From the IMG/VR virus record IMGVR_UViG_3300024308_000188, positions 1 to 64,000 of that record: a stretch of 64,000 nucleotides of DNA; one strand, given 5' to 3'. Below the pieces are notes generated by a model that was not told where the DNA came from, searched no databases, and was given only the letters and a program-made list of their open reading frames with translations. Shown here piece after piece: positions 18,873-28,658 of the stretch. The position numbers and the translations under genes are program-made. Numbering within the stretch: the first letter of the stretch is position 1; every line of letters starts with the position of its first letter.

Positions 18873-20788
18873 TCTGTGGCATTCTCACCTAAAGCGCAAA
18901 GAAGATCGCGTAAAAAAGAAAGAAGTAATCTTTTCAATCTGTTCAATTTATTGAAGGGAAAGCGCAATCTATTCATGTTGAAATTGTCTATACATTGGTC
19001 AGGATATAAACCACGTAAAGCCGCATTCAAGTGGTCTTGAGCAAAAGCTCGGCAACTAACATTTAATTGAGGTGCTTTTAAATAACCACCATTTAGATCT
19101 CCAAGAGCAAGCAAGGCATTTATTTCATTAAGAAGTCTGGCACTCAATCCTTCAATTCTTCCAATACGATCAATAACCGCATTAACTAGATCATCAAGAT
19201 TAAGTTTAATAAAATCTATTACCAGAGATTCAAGTGGATTTAACTCGCCACAGTTTTCTAAAATAGATTTTGCCATGCTGAACTCACTGAGTAAATTCAA
19301 CAGTTGATCTTTTCCTGCTCCGTATTTTGCAGACAAAGCTCCGAATCCGAAACGATCACTTTCAGACGCAAAAGAATTTTCAAGAGCATCTATGCTTCCG
19401 GTAGCTTTATCAATGAAGCCGTCAAATCCAGTTTTAATATTTTGTTGTGCAGCATCAGCAGCTTGAATTGGAGTTTGCGTATCACCGCCAGCCAGTGTAG
19501 TGCTTGCTTGTTGGCTTATGGCCTGTTCTTTTATTGGATCATTATAATCAACAACGCTGTCAGCTTTTTCCATTTTTGGTTTTTTGCTGTCAGATCTTTG
19601 ATTCTTAGATCCTAGTAGTGGGGTGTTTCCGCTTTGAGTAACAAAACAGCGATAAAGAGTGTAAAACTCTCTGTAGTTATTTCCTACACATGCAGCCGTT
19701 TTACCTCCAACAATATAAATGCCTTGAACGGTTTCCTGAACATCAAGCTCTTGAAATTGATTGAAAGCTTTCACTTCAACCACAGAAAATAATGGAATGT
19801 TAGCCATTTTGGGAATGTTAACGCGAATACCGCTGTTGAACAAACTTAGATAACGCATATTCTGCGTTTTGGCCTCATAATATTTTTCGTGCGCGTTTGA
19901 GCCACTTAAATTCTTGCCAATACCACTGTCATAATATTTTGCGCTAACCGAACTACTGTAAGCAAAGCTGTTACGCACTTCTTGGTTTATAGGTAAACCA
20001 TCTTGTATTACTGGAGGATTTACAGATTCGTATGTATCAATCTTTCCATCAGCACGAGCTTGAGTTCGTACATGACCATAGTTAAACATTAAATTTGTTA
20101 AGCCAGAATGTTTAAATGGTTTGTATTCAAGCGCAAAGAAAGTATTGGCTTCTTTCTTTTCTGGCATATCACCTAATAATATTGTGTACTCAGGGTCTTG
20201 TTGAATAGTGGAAAACAACTCACGAATGATAAAAGTGTTATCTATGTCATGCAAACCAGCAATAACACTTTCAGTATCTTTAAAAGATCTGGCTAAAATA
20301 TCTTGAACAAATTGAGCACGACTTTTACCGACATTTAACCAAGTCATGGAGTCGTCAGAAGTTACATCGCTATCAACCGTAATGCCATGTGCTTGAAGAA
20401 TTTGGGTAACAGCATCGATGCTTGTGCCTTTTTGAGCTTGCTGTTGTGCGCCAAAAACATAAGAAGGTTCGCCAAGAACAGCAACTATATCATAACGAAC
20501 ACCTGCACCTGCAATTTCTTCTTCTTTGCAGCTTACTGTAGTAAAGTTAAGTTCTAGTTTTGGCTTATCTGAAAAACTATAGGTTAGTGTAATCTTAGAT
20601 CCATCAACTAAAGCAAGAGGGCCAGATAATATACGATTTCTATCTTCAAACTTAAATTCTATGGCTGGTGTATTATAACCAAAGCCACCATTAAGAATAA
20701 AAGATTGGAAAAAGTTATTAGCAGGAGGCAACTCTCTACCATTTATTTTTAATTGGATCTCGGTTCCAGCAACGCTTAAAGCAATCAT
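18869..20788 (-). CDS. Baseplate hub protein (gp27-like) with C-terminal helical extension
   Basis: Position next to the spike. Hub-like beta N-region and GIYIVGG motif. Confidence 0.55.
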   Translation of the reverse strand: MIALSVAGTEIQLKINGRELPPANNFFQSFILNGGFGYNTPAIEFKFEDRNRILSGPLALVDGSKITLTYSFSDKPKLELNFTTVSCKEEEIAGAGVRYDIVAVLGEPSYVFGAQQQAQKGTSIDAVTQILQAHGITVDSDVTSDDSMTWLNVGKSRAQFVQDILARSFKDTESVIAGLHDIDNTFIIRELFSTIQQDPEYTILLGDMPEKKEANTFFALEYKPFKHSGLTNLMFNYGHVRTQARADGKIDTYESVNPPVIQDGLPINQEVRNSFAYSSSVSAKYYDSGIGKNLSGSNAHEKYYEAKTQNMRYLSLFNSGIRVNIPKMANIPLFSVVEVKAFNQFQELDVQETVQGIYIVGGKTAACVGNNYREFYTLYRCFVTQSGNTPLLGSKNQRSDSKKPKMEKADSVVDYNDPIKEQAISQQASTTLAGGDTQTPIQAADAAQQNIKTGFDGFIDKATGSIDALENSFASESDRFGFGALSAKYGAGKDQLLNLLSEFSMAKSILENCGELNPLESLVIDFIKLNLDDLVNAVIDRIGRIEGLSARLLNEINALLALGDLNGGYLKAPQLNVSCRAFAQDHLNAALRGLYPDQCIDNFNMNRLRFPFNKLNRLKRLLLSFLRDLLCALGENATE

Positions 20789-21102
20789 ATTGACATCCTA
20801 GTGGCAGTCTGACGTTTTTCTACGCGACTTAAAATTTCTTTCACTTGATTAGGATCTGGAATATTTAAAGTCATTCCTCTCGTAACCTGAAAGCTATCAC
20901 AAAGGCCATTGTAATTAAGTATGACGAAATATAATTCAACATCACCTAAAGTATCGTAGGCTAACAGTTGCGGATTACTTAAATATGTAGCGTCAATCTC
21001 TACACTAAAGGCCAGATCAATAGCGCATATTTCATCAAGCAAGGTCAAGGCTAATGGATCTGGCCCATATTCATCGACCACAACAGTTTTGGCTTTACTC
21101 AT
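20785..21102 (-). CDS. Baseplate wedge protein, LysM/gp53-like
   Basis: PQLLAYDTLGDVELYFVILNYNGL...GMTLNIP. Confidence 0.7.
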   Translation of the reverse strand: MSKAKTVVVDEYGPDPLALTLLDEICAIDLAFSVEIDATYLSNPQLLAYDTLGDVELYFVILNYNGLCDSFQVTRGMTLNIPDPNQVKEILSRVEKRQTATRMSI

Positions 21103-21110
21103 GATGCACC

Positions 21111-21893
21111 TTAAGTTCTTTCACTGAAGTCATTACCAAAGCCGCCAGCAAACCATTTTTCTATATCTTGCTGAGTAACCGCGAAATAACTTGTTAGCTC
21201 TAAATTGAAATCAACACCTAAAGGATTACCGGATTCATCTTCCATTTGACCATCAAGTGCAGCAACTACGTTTGTTACTATACAAGGGGTCATGCGAAAA
21301 AATTTACCAACTTGACAAATGATTTCAAATTCATCGTCAATAGAAAAGTTTGTACCATCGGCAACACTATCAAGAATGGCAACACCAGCAGCCGGACCAG
21401 GAGGTTGAAGCGCACCGAATTTAACAGTGCCATCAAAATTTCCCTTTTCGTTAGGTGTAACAAATTTACTCATGCGAATAAGTTGGTTAATAACTTCTTC
21501 TTTAGTATCTTGATATGCGTGTATTTCAATAGGTAGACTTATTTGCAGATAAGCTGGTTCTGTCCAAGCTTGGGCAGTAGCTGCTTTAACTCGTGAACTC
21601 GCACCTAATAAACTGGCAGCGCCAGAAAATAAATCAGCACTGCTTTGTTTTATTAAACCAGTTTGACCTGCAAGATCCGCCATAGATCCAGAGAATAAAG
21701 GTTGCCAACCACTAGCCATAGCTATTTGAAAATCAGTAGGAACATAACCGGAAAAGTTTAGGGTTCCACTGCGATTTCTAATGACTGTTCTGTAAATTGG
21801 ATCAACTTCAATCCCTTTACGTACAGCCGGATTATTGTGTACAATTCCTTGAACTCCAGGAAGAGTACCGCCTCTCTGTAAATAGTTTGCCAT
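21111..21893 (-). CDS. Tail tube initiator/baseplate protein (gp48-like)
   Basis: Lies between tape measure and LysM genes. CQVGKFFRMTPCIVTNV...PLGVDFNLEL fits the tube-initiator pattern. Confidence 0.55.
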   Translation of the reverse strand: MANYLQRGGTLPGVQGIVHNNPAVRKGIEVDPIYRTVIRNRSGTLNFSGYVPTDFQIAMASGWQPLFSGSMADLAGQTGLIKQSSADLFSGAASLLGASSRVKAATAQAWTEPAYLQISLPIEIHAYQDTKEEVINQLIRMSKFVTPNEKGNFDGTVKFGALQPPGPAAGVAILDSVADGTNFSIDDEFEIICQVGKFFRMTPCIVTNVVAALDGQMEDESGNPLGVDFNLELTSYFAVTQQDIEKWFAGGFGNDFSERT

Positions 21894-24218
21894 TTATAAA
21901 ATTCCAAGGTTCACTAAATTGAGTGTTGCATCTTCCATATGAACAGGAGTATTTGCTAACGAAGGAACACCGCTGCCAGTACCGCTTTGAGTTTTGCCAC
22001 CAAAATCTTTTCGGCTAACTGTTTTAATGCTGGCTTTTTCTGGACGTTTCTGTTCACGCTTGCTGGAATTTCCGTAACCAGATTTTTCTACGGGACGTTC
22101 TTCAACAAAGTTGTTTATTACTGGAGCAGGATCTGGATTAACAACCATGCCAGCTTCTGTAACATTAACCGCTGTTCCATAATCCGAATCAATATTTAGA
22201 TTAGGATCTAATGGAGTTGCAGTGTAAGTTTGTTTTGGTTTAAGTCGGCCGACAGGAGCAACAGGAGCAGTGTTATTAACTACAACTGTTTTACTATCGT
22301 TACCAAAACCAAAAAAGTTGCTGAATATACCAGACTCTTGTTTTGTGTTGCTATCAAACTTTTTCTGAGCGTCTTTTAAAGCGCGTTCAGTATCACTATC
22401 ACCTTCAAAAATTCCAACGATGTTGTCCCAAAGAGCATCACCTATTTCAGAAATTTCTTCTTTCAAACTATCTATGCTGTCTGTCAGTGAAATGCCGAAA
22501 GTAGAGAATAATCCAACTAATCCTTCAGTAGAAAGATTTATAATCGGACTTAAAGAGGCCGGAAGTAATCCAATAGACTTCGCTAACATTCCTATTGAAT
22601 TTTGCTCAGTAGAATTCACATCAAATGCAGAATAAGTTTCCATAGAGAAATCGGAAGTGCTCTCCAAAACTTTCATTTTGGTGCTTAGCGTATTATCTAC
22701 AATAGCATTGGCTGTTGTTTCATTTGAAGTAAACAAACTGTTTGCAAAATTTGTTATTGCATTTCCTGCACCAGCTAAAAGTTCTTTACCTGATTTAACA
22801 GTAGCATCAACACTAGCGACCGTATCTTTATAAAGCTGATCGGCAGAGTCAGTTAAATTTGAGGAAGTTTCGTAAACATCGACTGCAAGATTTTGGCCAA
22901 ATTCAACGAGGCCAGAATTCTCAGCGAGTTCAATAGCTCCCATACTGCCTGCAATACCACCAAGCACACCAAGAAGAGGAACCATAATTGGTGCAGCTGG
23001 CCCAGTTAATAAACCAGCACTTGCTCCAAGTTTTGCACCAACAGCGCCACCTGCCCAAGCTGCACCACCAGAAGCAACAGTAGATCCTACAAGATCAGCG
23101 GTCGCTACATTTTTTTGTTCTTGAGTAAGTGTTTCGTCATTACGAATATTAACTATCTCAGAAACTGTCATTGCGGTAGTAACAGCAGCACCAGCTAAAC
23201 CAGCTTTATTGAAATTCTTCAATCCGAATTTTTTATCCGGTGATTTATCTGTATCATTTGAAACAGAATTCTTTTTATCGGAATCAGAATCAACTTCTTT
23301 CGGTTTATCTGCTTCCGCAGTATCAGCAGTTTCCACAACATCTTTTGGTGCCGTGTAAGCTTGATAAACTTTTTTACCGCCAAGATAAGTCGCACCTACT
23401 AAACCAGCAGTGGCCGCAGCATCTGCAATAGGGCTATCGCTATTACCTTCTGAATCTTCACCAGTAAATGGAACCCACTCTGGAAGTTTACCTCCAAGTT
23501 TATCGTAAGCAGTTGCTCCGACTAAAGCCGCAATAGCTGCAAGTCCAGTTGCTTTTATTCCAGTACGCGCACCACTTCTTATTTTTTCACTTGTTGTCTG
23601 GTCTTTCCATTTTTTATTCTTTGCTTTTTCGTCTTTGTTGTTACCGCCTCGTGCGGCAGCAGCGGCAGCAGCGGCAGCCGCTAGATCTCCAAGCATTCCA
23701 CCGTTTTGTCCAGCACGACCACTCAAGCTTGAATCCGATCCTATTAAAAAATCAAACGGAGTAGTTTCATTTATAATAGCATCTTTTCTTCGTTGCTTTT
23801 CATCGGCTTCAAATTGATTTCTTAACGTAGCATCTATGCTACCAAGCAAATCTTGCTGTTGTTCATTTCCTTCAACAGTAACACCGACAAGATCTTGAGT
23901 GACTTCTCCAAGATCAGAAATACCTTCACTTAACTGAGTATCATCTGACTGTGTGGTATATTCATTTGTGGTGTTACTGACTTCTGTAATAGAAGTATTG
24001 TTTATTACAGTGTTTCCTGATTCATCTTCTGATATATCTTGAACAGTATCTTCAACACTACTTGAATTTTCTGTTGTCTGCACATCAACAATTTGATCAG
24101 GAGCAAAATCTTCAGCGGTTATATTTGTGTCGTCGTTGTTATCTGGCGTAACCACAGTATCGTCTGGAACATAATTATCCAGTAGATCGATAATGGTCAA
24201 TTCGGTTTTTTCTTCCAT
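21894..24218 (-). CDS. Tape measure protein (gp29-like)
   Basis: Long Ala/Gly-rich helical protein with glycine-zipper hydrophobic segments. Start placed at ATG 24218 after GAGG. Confidence 0.65.
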   Translation of the reverse strand: MEEKTELTIIDLLDNYVPDDTVVTPDNNDDTNITAEDFAPDQIVDVQTTENSSSVEDTVQDISEDESGNTVINNTSITEVSNTTNEYTTQSDDTQLSEGISDLGEVTQDLVGVTVEGNEQQQDLLGSIDATLRNQFEADEKQRRKDAIINETTPFDFLIGSDSSLSGRAGQNGGMLGDLAAAAAAAAAARGGNNKDEKAKNKKWKDQTTSEKIRSGARTGIKATGLAAIAALVGATAYDKLGGKLPEWVPFTGEDSEGNSDSPIADAAATAGLVGATYLGGKKVYQAYTAPKDVVETADTAEADKPKEVDSDSDKKNSVSNDTDKSPDKKFGLKNFNKAGLAGAAVTTAMTVSEIVNIRNDETLTQEQKNVATADLVGSTVASGGAAWAGGAVGAKLGASAGLLTGPAAPIMVPLLGVLGGIAGSMGAIELAENSGLVEFGQNLAVDVYETSSNLTDSADQLYKDTVASVDATVKSGKELLAGAGNAITNFANSLFTSNETTANAIVDNTLSTKMKVLESTSDFSMETYSAFDVNSTEQNSIGMLAKSIGLLPASLSPIINLSTEGLVGLFSTFGISLTDSIDSLKEEISEIGDALWDNIVGIFEGDSDTERALKDAQKKFDSNTKQESGIFSNFFGFGNDSKTVVVNNTAPVAPVGRLKPKQTYTATPLDPNLNIDSDYGTAVNVTEAGMVVNPDPAPVINNFVEERPVEKSGYGNSSKREQKRPEKASIKTVSRKDFGGKTQSGTGSGVPSLANTPVHMEDATLNLVNLGIL

Positions 24219-24229
24219 TGCGAAATACC

Positions 24230-25174
24230 TCAACGACTAGAGCGCCTCTTGGCCTTGTTAGCCAATTCTTTTTGTTTACGTTCTGCCGCATTCTTTTGAT
24301 AAACACTGTGCCAATACAAGAGTTTTTTGATTGGGGTATCTTCAATTACCTGAATGTTCATGGCTTGCATGATATTAAATTGCATGTTCATTACAGATTT
24401 TTCAGTAATGTTAGGCAACACATCGTGAGGCCCAAGACGTTTAACCATTTGAGGTCTGTTTCCGCACTCAGCGCAATCAAGTTCATATCGTAATTCTACG
24501 CCATGATAAGAATCGGAATAGAATTTATTTACTTCCTTGACGAATTTTGCAGAATATTTAACAGAGAACAATTCAAGTTTTTGCTCAAATGTACTTCCAT
24601 CTAGGCAAGCAATAACATCTTTAAATTTTCTGTATTTAAGCCAATCTTGTTCGTTAGAGTCAGAATATTCTTCAATCAAATGAAGATCGTGTAGCGTCGG
24701 AACATGACAGTCTGAGGGTATGACAAGGTTATTCCATTTTGGAATTATAGGAACATACTTGTATTTATTACCATAGACTAAATTCGTGTTCTTAGTTCCA
24801 CACGTAGATCTTTTCATTTTATTTCGTAAAAGCCAGCGATCATCTTTATCGCTATACTCACGAAAAATTGTTCCTCTTGCATTTTTGACGGCAGAAGAAT
24901 GACAATCCCAAGTCATAGTTAAATGACTTTCGGTGTAACAGGTTTTTCTTAAATAAGCTAGAATATAAATTGCATCACCGCAAGTAAGATTCCAAATATC
25001 AGATTCAGACCAATCAGTAAACTCACTCAATAAACTGACTGTATCTTGCATACGAGATTGCGATTTACTTCTTTCAATAGCTGACATATCGCTCAGAAGA
25101 ATTTGACGAACATTCAAAGCTTTTATGTCGTACCAGCGGTATTCGCTAGGTAAACCACCAATGCTACTATACAT
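24230..25174 (-). CDS. Baseplate hub assembly protein (gp26-like), paralog A
   Basis: LPS...NLTCGDAIYILAYLR...CAECG. Confidence 0.6.
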   Translation of the reverse strand: MYSSIGGLPSEYRWYDIKALNVRQILLSDMSAIERSKSQSRMQDTVSLLSEFTDWSESDIWNLTCGDAIYILAYLRKTCYTESHLTMTWDCHSSAVKNARGTIFREYSDKDDRWLLRNKMKRSTCGTKNTNLVYGNKYKYVPIIPKWNNLVIPSDCHVPTLHDLHLIEEYSDSNEQDWLKYRKFKDVIACLDGSTFEQKLELFSVKYSAKFVKEVNKFYSDSYHGVELRYELDCAECGNRPQMVKRLGPHDVLPNITEKSVMNMQFNIMQAMNIQVIEDTPIKKLLYWHSVYQKNAAERKQKELANKAKRRSSR

Positions 25175-25177
25175 AAG

Positions 25178-26068
25178 TTATCCAACAAAGAACATTTTTG
25201 GAGTTATGTTAAGTGAATAAGGTTCAGTTCGAGCACCGCAACACGAACATGGAGGACAAGTTATAATTTTTGAAATTCCGGCACGATAATCAGCATCATA
25301 TTTAAGTGCTTGCTGAACAATAGGCATCACTATATTATTTGGCTTTGTCTGCATAAACTTCAAACGGTCTTGTAGTGTGGAGCCAAAACTTTCATCCATC
25401 CACATTAAGACAGGTCTTAGTTTTTTCAGCGCAGGATTTTTACCCATAGCATTGTAATCTGCTATATCAATGGCTTTTGGAGTTTGATAACCTTGTTCAA
25501 GCTGCATATCACTTGGATAGTGCTTAACGAATTCCATTAAATGATCTACAGTTAGATCTTGGGAATTCTCGGTTTTACAGGTAAACCAAGATCCTTTAGC
25601 AACCTCTGAATAATTAGCCGTTATCTCAGCATTAAAAGTTTTGTATTGAGATTCAGTTACTGAGTACAACAACCATGTGTTGCTTTCACTATCAAAATTG
25701 AAATGCTGCTCAATAAGAAATTGAACGGCAGCTTGAGAAATTTCTGAATCGCCAGTTATCTGAACTCGTAGATGATTTTCTCTGCACATCCAATTCATTT
25801 GAATTGGCATATCTGTCAGAGTTATGATGCGTAACAGTGCTACAATAAAATAAAAGTCTACTACCTCTAAATTCTGTATGCCGCAATGATCTTGCACGGC
25901 AAGAATGAAAGGTAAGTAATCATCGGTTTCTATAGCTTCACTAACTTTCATCAGGGAATTAAAGTCAAATGGAACTAACTGTGCAATTTGAGTAGAGCTT
26001 TCGTAGTTCAGTCCCAAGCTTGGAAGTTTGTTGAATGGAATTTCTAGTGGTTGCTGTTGACTATACAT
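25178..26068 (-). CDS. Baseplate hub assembly protein (gp26-like), paralog B
   Basis: LPSLG...NLEVVDFYFIVALLR...CSCCG. Confidence 0.6.
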   Translation of the reverse strand: MYSQQQPLEIPFNKLPSLGLNYESSTQIAQLVPFDFNSLMKVSEAIETDDYLPFILAVQDHCGIQNLEVVDFYFIVALLRIITLTDMPIQMNWMCRENHLRVQITGDSEISQAAVQFLIEQHFNFDSESNTWLLYSVTESQYKTFNAEITANYSEVAKGSWFTCKTENSQDLTVDHLMEFVKHYPSDMQLEQGYQTPKAIDIADYNAMGKNPALKKLRPVLMWMDESFGSTLQDRLKFMQTKPNNIVMPIVQQALKYDADYRAGISKIITCPPCSCCGARTEPYSLNITPKMFFVG

Positions 26069-26073
26069 AGTTA

Positions 26074-26607
26074 TTATCCTGAAAAGTTTATTCTTTTGGA
26101 AGGAAGGAAAATCTGAGCAGTACAGACAAATTGTACGTTCACCCTTAGCCTTCCAGTTTCCTGATTAAGTTGTGGATTCCCTAAACTTATAGGCCAGACA
26201 TTTCTTATCGTTGAAGTAGCAGCTACTTCATTTTTATTGTTATAAAGTTCTACCGCAAAATCTTTCCAATAATGTGACGGTGTTCTGTAGCCACCTGTCC
26301 TCGGATTTTGCACCAGTGACTGCCAATCTTGTATGTAGGCTATGCTACTTAAAACACTGTCCTCATACATAATCATTTCAAAACTATCAATGCTGGTATT
26401 TCCAGGAAATGTAACGGTAGTTCCAGCGATTTCTTTTTGTTTGGTAGCAAATGCTGGAAACGGTAAACCGATTTCCTCACAGTAAGAAGGAGGTAACGTA
26501 AATCCGCCAATTTCTGGAAAAGAAACTAACGACCATTTCCACGATTGAAACGGTTCTCTATCTCCACTGTGAAGATCGGCTAAATCATCGATCTTCAATA
26601 TGCCCAT
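26074..26607 (-). CDS. Tail tube-like protein (gp19/gp54 family)
   Basis: FPGNTSIDSFEMIMYED...WQSLV...NVWPISLG. Confidence 0.7.
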   Translation of the reverse strand: MGILKIDDLADLHSGDREPFQSWKWSLVSFPEIGGFTLPPSYCEEIGLPFPAFATKQKEIAGTTVTFPGNTSIDSFEMIMYEDSVLSSIAYIQDWQSLVQNPRTGGYRTPSHYWKDFAVELYNNKNEVAATSTIRNVWPISLGNPQLNQETGRLRVNVQFVCTAQIFLPSKRINFSG

Positions 26608-26609
26608 AA

Positions 26610-27008
26610 TTAATCGACCTCAAATGGAAAGAAAGTGTTTACCATTTCATGTGCATATTGTTCAAACAAATCCGACAATCTTTGATTACGAAACCTGTTT
26701 GCTTTATTGTTTGCCTTTCTTTCGAGTGTAGATGTAAAGCGCAGATCAACTACTTCTCGAATATCATCACGATTGGCAAAGAAAGTTTGCTTAACGCTAT
26801 TGTTAAAATTGCCGGATAGACAGCAAAGCATGTAAGCTGCTTCTTTTCTCCATGATTCTATATTGGAGTGCTTAGCAATTTTATAAAGTTTCTGAGCAAG
26901 ATCACGAGGCAACTTCGCTCCATCCAAATTGCTCATTACTATATTCGCGGAAAGATGAAACTTTCCATTTCGCATACCAACATGAGTTCCTGGTAGAAAT
27001 ACCAACAT
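26610..27008 (-). CDS. Hypothetical protein
   Basis: ATG at 27008 preceded by AGGAG. Confidence 0.55.
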   Translation of the reverse strand: MLVFLPGTHVGMRNGKFHLSANIVMSNLDGAKLPRDLAQKLYKIAKHSNIESWRKEAAYMLCCLSGNFNNSVKQTFFANRDDIREVVDLRFTSTLERKANNKANRFRNQRLSDLFEQYAHEMVNTFFPFEVD

Positions 27009-27012
27009 GCTA

Positions 27013-27693
27013 TTACTCCTCTGCAACAGACATTATGTGTTTTACTTCGCCAAGATAACGAACAGTATTACACTCAATATCTAAATCAGGTTCCATACTT
27101 TCAATTAAAGCTTCTATTTCGTCACCCCAGTTTTTAGGTGCTACTCTAAAGCCATTGTTTTTCAAATATTGATTGTAAACATTTCGGATTTCATAGTAAT
27201 ACACTATTTCTCCAGGAATCAATTCTTGTGCCTGAAGGAACTTAATACTCTTCATTCCGTCAATATCTAAGGACTTAAGCTTTTTAGTAAGTGCAGCATT
27301 TTCTTCGGGTGCAATAAATTTAGCCTTTACGCTTTTCGGTTCCTTTGGTGGAACAAAAGGTTTATTGTCTAGCAAAGTGTTCGCAGGTTTAGGTTCAGCA
27401 CCACCAAGACTACCAGCAAATACTTTTATCTTGGAGACAGTACCAGTCCAACCAATTGAACGCTTGAGAACAAGTAAGGCAATTTTTTCGCTGAGGCGGA
27501 AAAGGATTTCAGGATATTCTTTGAAGATCAGTTGATAGTTTTCACCAACTTTTCTAACTCCGAATATATCGTTTTCTGAAATGTCGGCTTCAGGATTTGA
27601 CTTAGGTATGTCAACGGATCTTTTACCTTTGAATTTATACCAGTCAAAATCTTTGACACTTCTTTTATTTGTAGCGGAGACTACAATAAGCAT
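27013..27693 (-). CDS. Protein carrying the shared DFxW...DIFGVR domain
   Basis: MLIVV-SAT leader variant. Domain shared with 8836-11631 and 53381-55081. Confidence 0.65.
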   Translation of the reverse strand: MLIVVSATNKRSVKDFDWYKFKGKRSVDIPKSNPEADISENDIFGVRKVGENYQLIFKEYPEILFRLSEKIALLVLKRSIGWTGTVSKIKVFAGSLGGAEPKPANTLLDNKPFVPPKEPKSVKAKFIAPEENAALTKKLKSLDIDGMKSIKFLQAQELIPGEIVYYYEIRNVYNQYLKNNGFRVAPKNWGDEIEALIESMEPDLDIECNTVRYLGEVKHIMSVAEE

Positions 27694-27699
27694 ATGACC

Positions 27700-28029
27700 T
27701 CACATAAGCCGAGGCTTTGTTTTTTGAATCTGTTCCATCTTCTCAATCTGTTGCTTCAATCTTTTGTACTGTAGATAAAGCGAAATTGTTTCAGATTTCT
27801 TTTTAGATAGTTTTTTAGGATCACCTAAGCGGAAAGTTGTTGCATTCAAGCGTTGTTTTATTTGCGCTCTGATGTTACTTAACTTGCGTTTTAGAATGTC
27901 CAAGCGTTTAAAAGGTTTCGGAAGTTTTCTACGAGGCCCAAAGCGTCTTTTAGGACGGTGAAGTCTTAAGACAGGTTTCGTGCTTCCTATGTCCTCATAA
28001 CCAACAGACAAACTCACTAAAATTTTCAT
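27700..28029 (-). CDS. Very basic small protein with S-x-S leader
   Basis: Likely start at ATG 28029 (MKILV-SLS-VG). The longer ORF overlaps the tube gene and its hairpin. Confidence 0.6.
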   Translation of the reverse strand: MKILVSLSVGYEDIGSTKPVLRLHRPKRRFGPRRKLPKPFKRLDILKRKLSNIRAQIKQRLNATTFRLGDPKKLSKKKSETISLYLQYKRLKQQIEKMEQIQKTKPRLM

Positions 28030-28050
28030 AATGTGTGGCCCAAACGTAAA

Positions 28051-28073
28051 TGGGGCTTCAATACGAAGCCCCA
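28051..28073 (-). terminator. Hairpin after the tail tube gene
   Basis: tggggcttc-aatac-gaagcccca inverted repeat. Confidence 0.65.
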
Positions 28074-28081
28074 ACGGTTTA

Positions 28082-28633
28082 TTAAGAGGCTGGAACACCT
28101 GAAGGTTCAACCGGAGCAGGAATAGTGCGATAAAAGTGATCGTAAGAAAAATCACAGTTTACCGGAACAGCGGCAGCAGTACCATCAAAGCTAATATCTT
28201 GCAGACCTTTAGGGAAGAAACCACGCAGTTCACCTGCATAAGTAATCGCACCTTTTTGGTCAAAGATATTAATTGTTGCGGTAACAGAATATTCGCGCTT
28301 GAACAGACCTAACTGGAATTCTGTAGAACGAGTTACGTTCACCCAATCTTCCAACACAGTGTACATACGCATCTGGCTGTTTTCAACAAACTCTGAGCTG
28401 ATTGAACCAGAGAAAGTTTTACGACCTGCATAGCGCAACGTATGGCCATAAGCTTCTTGCAAAACTTCTTCCAGTGTTGCACCAGGCTTTGTAAATGTTT
28501 TACATTGCAGTCGGAAAAAACGACCACCTTGACTATTCAAGCCCGTAGGCAAGTTTGGAATGATGATTTCAAAAGCGTCAGACAATAAAGGATCGCCTAC
28601 GCTAGTGAATTCATCCAAAGTTACTTTTGACAT
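28082..28633 (-). CDS. Major tail tube protein (gp19-like)
   Basis: Follows the sheath gene. YAGRKTFSG...FVE...WV...GFFPKGLQDISFD...FSYD. Confidence 0.82.
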   Translation of the reverse strand: MSKVTLDEFTSVGDPLLSDAFEIIIPNLPTGLNSQGGRFFRLQCKTFTKPGATLEEVLQEAYGHTLRYAGRKTFSGSISSEFVENSQMRMYTVLEDWVNVTRSTEFQLGLFKREYSVTATINIFDQKGAITYAGELRGFFPKGLQDISFDGTAAAVPVNCDFSYDHFYRTIPAPVEPSGVPAS

Positions 28634-28658
28634 AATTGGTTCCTTTAACTAAAAAATC

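Noticed and set aside
23650-23682. GCN trinucleotide run as a phase-variable repeat
   Set aside because: It encodes an in-frame poly-Ala with mixed codons in the tape measure protein, so slippage would not shift the frame.
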